From: an uncultured Puniceicoccaceae bacterium
Lineage (GTDB): Bacteria; Verrucomicrobiota; Verrucomicrobiia; Opitutales; Oceanipulchritudinaceae
DNA length: 64,000 nucleotides
Direction of reading: 5' to 3'
Assembly: GCA_963933835.1 (NCBI GenBank)
Contig: CAWVVV010000001.1
Coordinates: forward strand, 160,001-224,000
In this document: in pieces, positions 60,508 through 64,000 of the stretch
Layout: each line of letters starts with the position of its first letter
Position numbering within the stretch: the stretch's first letter is position 1
Made by a program: the position numbers and the translations under genes
The notes under the pieces: generated by a model
What the model was told of the DNA's origin: nothing
The model's input: only the letters and a program-made list of their open reading frames with translations
The model's database searches: none

Positions 60508-61941
60508 ATGGATTTTGCGGACATTGTTTCGAAAGTGAATGAGATCATCTGGAGTCCCCCACTCGTCATTCTCTGTATGGGCGCTGGGGTTTTCTTCACT
60601 TTCGCCACCCGTTTTGTGCAGGTGCGCCACCTCCCAAGCCTTTCGAGGGTGCTTTTCGGGAGCCCCGCGTCTGCTCAGGGAATCAGTTCCTTCCAAGCCT
60701 TCTCACTCGCCGTCTCGGGTCGGGTGGGAACGGGCAACATCGCCGGTGTCGCTGGAGCGATCGCAGCTGGTGGGCCCGGGGCGGTGTTCTGGATGTGGCT
60801 GATTGCTTTTGTCGGCTCCGGCTCAGCTTACGTCGAAGCTGCCCTCGCGCAGATTTACAAGAAGAAGGTCGACGGCCAATATCGAGGGGGCCCCGCCTAC
60901 TACATCGAGAAAGGCATGAAGACGAAGGTCTACGCATCGGTCTTCGCCGTTGCGACGATCATCGGCTGTGGCCTCTGCCTGCCGACCGTGCAGTCGAACA
61001 GTATTGGCGAGGCGATGGCGAACGCCTTTGCGATACCCACATGGGTTAGCGGCGTCGTGGTCGCGCTTGGGATCGGTCTCATCATCGTTGGAGGGATCAA
61101 GCGCATCGGGCTCGCGGTGCAGATGATCGTTCCCGTCATGGCGGTCGGCTACATGCTCGTTGCCCTCGTTGTGATCGCGATGAACATCACCGAAATACCC
61201 GCTGCTTTTGGACTTATTTTTAGGAGCGCCTTTGGGATGGAAGCGACGTATGGCGGGATTGTCGGCAGCGCGATCGCCTTCGGAGTAAAGCGTGGCATCT
61301 ATTCAAACGAAGCAGGTCAAGGCACCGCTCCGATGGCAGCCGCAGCAGCAGAAGTTGAACACCCTGCTCAGCAGGGGCTCGTCCAAGCATTCTCGATCTA
61401 TTTCGACACCTGGATGGTCTGCACCGCGACAGCGCTGATGATCATTTCCACGGGAAGCTACAATGTCCTCGACGGCGCCGGAGGCTTTTTACGCGAACAG
61501 CTTCCCGGCATCACCGACGGTCCAGCCTACACTCAAGTTGCGGTCGACAGCGTCATCCCAAATTTCGGCGGGGCCTTCGTCGCCATTGCCCTCCTCTTCT
61601 TTGCCTTCACCACCACCCTCGCTTACTATTACTACACCGAAAACAACGTTGCCTACCTCATCCCTGAAAAGAGCAAGTGGCGCAAACCGGCCTACGCCGT
61701 CGTCAAATTAGCCTTTCTCGGAGGTGTCGTCTTTGGAGCAGTGAACAGCGCCAGCCTCGTCTGGCAGCTCGGTGACATCGGCGTAGGCCTGATGGCATGG
61801 GTCAACATCATTGCCATCCTCATCCTCACGAAACCCGCTATTCGCTGCCTGCGACACTACGAGGCACAGCTCAAAGCCGGCAAAGAACCCTCATTCAAAG
61901 GTTCTGACATCGGTCTTGAGGATCTCGACCACTGGAACTAG
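60508..61941 (+). CDS. Alanine/glycine:cation symporter (AGCS)
   Basis: RVGTGNIAGVA.AI..GGPGAVFWMW, GGPAYY, RGIYSNEAGQG. Confidence 0.95.
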   Translation: MDFADIVSKVNEIIWSPPLVILCMGAGVFFTFATRFVQVRHLPSLSRVLFGSPASAQGISSFQAFSLAVSGRVGTGNIAGVAGAIAAGGPGAVFWMWLIAFVGSGSAYVEAALAQIYKKKVDGQYRGGPAYYIEKGMKTKVYASVFAVATIIGCGLCLPTVQSNSIGEAMANAFAIPTWVSGVVVALGIGLIIVGGIKRIGLAVQMIVPVMAVGYMLVALVVIAMNITEIPAAFGLIFRSAFGMEATYGGIVGSAIAFGVKRGIYSNEAGQGTAPMAAAAAEVEHPAQQGLVQAFSIYFDTWMVCTATALMIISTGSYNVLDGAGGFLREQLPGITDGPAYTQVAVDSVIPNFGGAFVAIALLFFAFTTTLAYYYYTENNVAYLIPEKSKWRKPAYAVVKLAFLGGVVFGAVNSASLVWQLGDIGVGLMAWVNIIAILILTKPAIRCLRHYEAQLKAGKEPSFKGSDIGLEDLDHWN

Positions 61942-62064
61942 GCCCTAGAGTATAACGACCATAGAAGCCCAGTAGATAACAGGGCGGACGGATATCTGTA
62001 GCCCTACTCTGCTTTCCTAGATCGACTCTGCCCTCCGGCACCCCTCGCTGACACCAACAAGCAA

Positions 62065-62083
62065 TATGACAATTTTGTCACAA
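62065..62083 (+). promoter_or_regulatory. Pho-box-like site upstream of the VTC-domain gene
   Basis: ATGAC (62066) and GTCAC (62077) 11 bp apart; also reads as the inverted repeat TGACAA-TT-TTGTCA. Confidence 0.45.
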
Positions 62084-62161
62084 ATAGATTGAGAATAAAT
62101 TCACATTCTGAGCCAATAATCCCCAACATGAAGTCCAAGCGGGCTTTGGGAACAGTGGGCC

Positions 62162-62941
62162 ATGGTAAATTTTCAACGCAATACAGTACAAAATAATCAG
62201 CTTGAGTCTTATCTAAAAGACTTCAGCCGTGTCAGCTTAGATGAGATCAAGAATGTCGAATTGATGAATCGTATCGACTCAAAGTGCTGGTTCGCAGTTG
62301 AGCTCTTGCCCGCTATCCTCACCGAGATCGCCCCCTACTACGACCTCCTCGCAATCGAAAATGAGTCAGTCCAAGTCTACAAAAACACCTACTACGACAC
62401 TGTCGATGACACCTTTTACCTCGACCACCAGAACAGCCGTGCAAAGCGGGTAAAAGTAAGGAAACGTGAATACGTTGGTTCCAAGCTGCAATTCCTTGAA
62501 GTAAAACATAAAACAAACAAGGGCTTAACGAAGAAACGCCGAATCGATACAGCATCCAGCACGTCAGATTTTCCTGAGAATGAAAGAGACTTCCTCAACC
62601 GATTTATCGAGGAATCGCCTGAGAGCTTAGATGCGGTCCTTCAGAATCGATTCAACCGGATCACCCTAATACACAAGAACCTCCAAGAGAGGTGCACGAT
62701 CGATTTTAATCTCACATTCATTCACGAGGACAGTAAAACCTCCCTCAAACAGCTCGTCATCATCGAACTCAAACACGGCGTCCGTGGCGTCAAAAGCGAG
62801 CTATCTCGTGCCTTAAAAAGCCACCGTATTCCCTTCAATGGCTTTAGCAAATACTGCCTTGGCAGAGCACTCATGGAACCCAATTTGAAACAAAATCGCC
62901 TAAAACATACTTTATTAGAGATCAGGAAGATCCAAAGTTAA
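62162..62941 (+). CDS. VTC-domain (polyphosphate polymerase-like, CYTH/TTM fold) protein
   Basis: LMNRIDSK, Y.NTYYDT, R.KVR.R.Y, FLEVK.K, ER.TID, IIELK, FSKYC.G. Confidence 0.85.
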   Translation: MVNFQRNTVQNNQLESYLKDFSRVSLDEIKNVELMNRIDSKCWFAVELLPAILTEIAPYYDLLAIENESVQVYKNTYYDTVDDTFYLDHQNSRAKRVKVRKREYVGSKLQFLEVKHKTNKGLTKKRRIDTASSTSDFPENERDFLNRFIEESPESLDAVLQNRFNRITLIHKNLQERCTIDFNLTFIHEDSKTSLKQLVIIELKHGVRGVKSELSRALKSHRIPFNGFSKYCLGRALMEPNLKQNRLKHTLLEIRKIQS

Positions 62942-62943
62942 GG

Positions 62944-63588
62944 ATGGAAACAATCACTACACAACTCATGGAATTTCCGCTCCAACTTCTCGTTCACCTA
63001 GCGTCACTCTTCGCCGTCGTCTTCTTTCTCTATCAGAAAAAAATCGGGAGCAAAGAATTCTGCTTTAGCTATGTCGCTATTGGAGTCGTTGTCTTCGCTC
63101 TCTGCTTCCTCCTCGAACGCGTAAAACTCGAACTCGGCTTCGCCCTCGGGCTTTTCGCGATTTTTGGTATCATCCGCTACCGAACGATCACGATCCCGAT
63201 CAAGGAGATGACCTATCTTTTTGTCATCATCGGCATCTCCGTCATCAATGCACTCTCGGATGAGTCGATCAGTATCCTCCTCCTTTCGTCTGCGAATGCG
63301 GGTATCTTTATCTGTCTAGCACTCCTCGAAGCCTTTTTGGCCAAAAGCAGTGAACGCTCGATTCTAGTCCGATACGAAAAGATCGAAAACCTCCAAAAAG
63401 ATCGCCGAGATGAACTCATTTCAGACCTCGTAGAGCGCACTGGCATTGATGTAAAAAGCGTAAGGACTGAAAGTGTTGATTTCCTCCGAGACACCGCCGA
63501 CCTCCGCGTCTACTTCGAAGACCAACCTCAAAAACCAGAGACCGTAGCCGATGCGCCTTCTGCTCTTAGCTCTTATAGCGACAAGTAA
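62944..63588 (+). CDS. DUF4956 membrane protein
   Basis: LGFALGLFAIFGIIRYRT..IPIKEMTYLF, DL.ERTG. Confidence 0.85.
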   Translation: METITTQLMEFPLQLLVHLASLFAVVFFLYQKKIGSKEFCFSYVAIGVVVFALCFLLERVKLELGFALGLFAIFGIIRYRTITIPIKEMTYLFVIIGISVINALSDESISILLLSSANAGIFICLALLEAFLAKSSERSILVRYEKIENLQKDRRDELISDLVERTGIDVKSVRTESVDFLRDTADLRVYFEDQPQKPETVADAPSALSSYSDK

Positions 63589-64000
63589 TCCCCTCGCTGC
63601 GGCCAATCGCATCTACATCGGGAGCAGCCTATCGACAGAGTTCTTAGAAGGCCTCGAATTCGAAGTTGCACCTGAGTGGAGATCAGAGCCGAGCAGTAAC
63701 ACTGAGAAATATCAGGCGGACATTTCTCTATCCTACGAGCTGCTAAAACAGCTCAAGCTGGGCATTGGATATCGTATTGGAACGACGGATACAGATGGAG
63801 AGCGCTCAGATCATGATCGCTACAATTTAGATACAAAATACTCACTGAAATGGGAAAACCTGACCACCCAATTGCGCCTACGCTATACGGATGGAAATGA
63901 TGAAGAAGGCGAAGACAAGAAATACATCCGCTACCGCGTAAAGTTTACTTACAACCTCAAGGAGCTGAACCTAAGCCCCTACATTGCATACGAGTATTAC
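63551..64000 (+). CDS. DUF2490-like outer-membrane beta-barrel (runs off window; not in ORF track)
   Basis: MRLLLLALIATSNPLAA signal peptide; alternating beta strands, GYR, RLRY, RYR.K..Y, PY..YE. Confidence 0.7.
   Translation, partial: MRLLLLALIATSNPLAAANRIYIGSSLSTEFLEGLEFEVAPEWRSEPSSNTEKYQADISLSYELLKQLKLGIGYRIGTTDTDGERSDHDRYNLDTKYSLKWENLTTQLRLRYTDGNDEEGEDKKYIRYRVKFTYNLKELNLSPYIAYEYY

Noticed and set aside
1..64000. CRISPR array, rRNA, intact IS or prophage
   Set aside because: No regularly spaced repeats, rRNA-like tracts, transposase, integrase or phage structural ORFs were seen.

Overview
This is a mostly housekeeping bacterial chromosome segment. It most likely comes from Verrucomicrobiota (Opitutales/Puniceicoccaceae-like), inferred from a TIGR02597-type protein, a short EF-Ts and lineage-typical C-terminal tails on secreted proteins. 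Core content: recJ (5'-truncated by the window), rpsB-tsf, dGTPase, aroQ, tRNA-Gly/Leu/Arg, argCJBDFG, rplM-rpsI, trpB, acnB, tyrS, pgl, a fabZ-fabI-DUF3592-oleA-oleB cluster, a family-B DNA polymerase and rbsK. A phosphate locus comprises an Oar-like TonB receptor, a porin, pstSCAB-phoU and a VTC-domain/DUF4956/DUF2490 operon, with three Pho-box-like sites. The most notable observations are: (1) an intact protein collinear with eukaryotic type I protein arginine methyltransferases, with a basic N-terminal tail; (2) the Pho-box-preceded VTC/DUF4956/beta-barrel operon, a possible trans-envelope polyphosphate system; (3) about eight accessory genes with nonsense, frameshift or truncation lesions while core genes are intact; (4) an insertion flanked by a diverged duplicate of the nif3 3' end; (5) a kissing-loop candidate in the rpsB leader. 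All calls come from motif recognition by eye; no searches were run.
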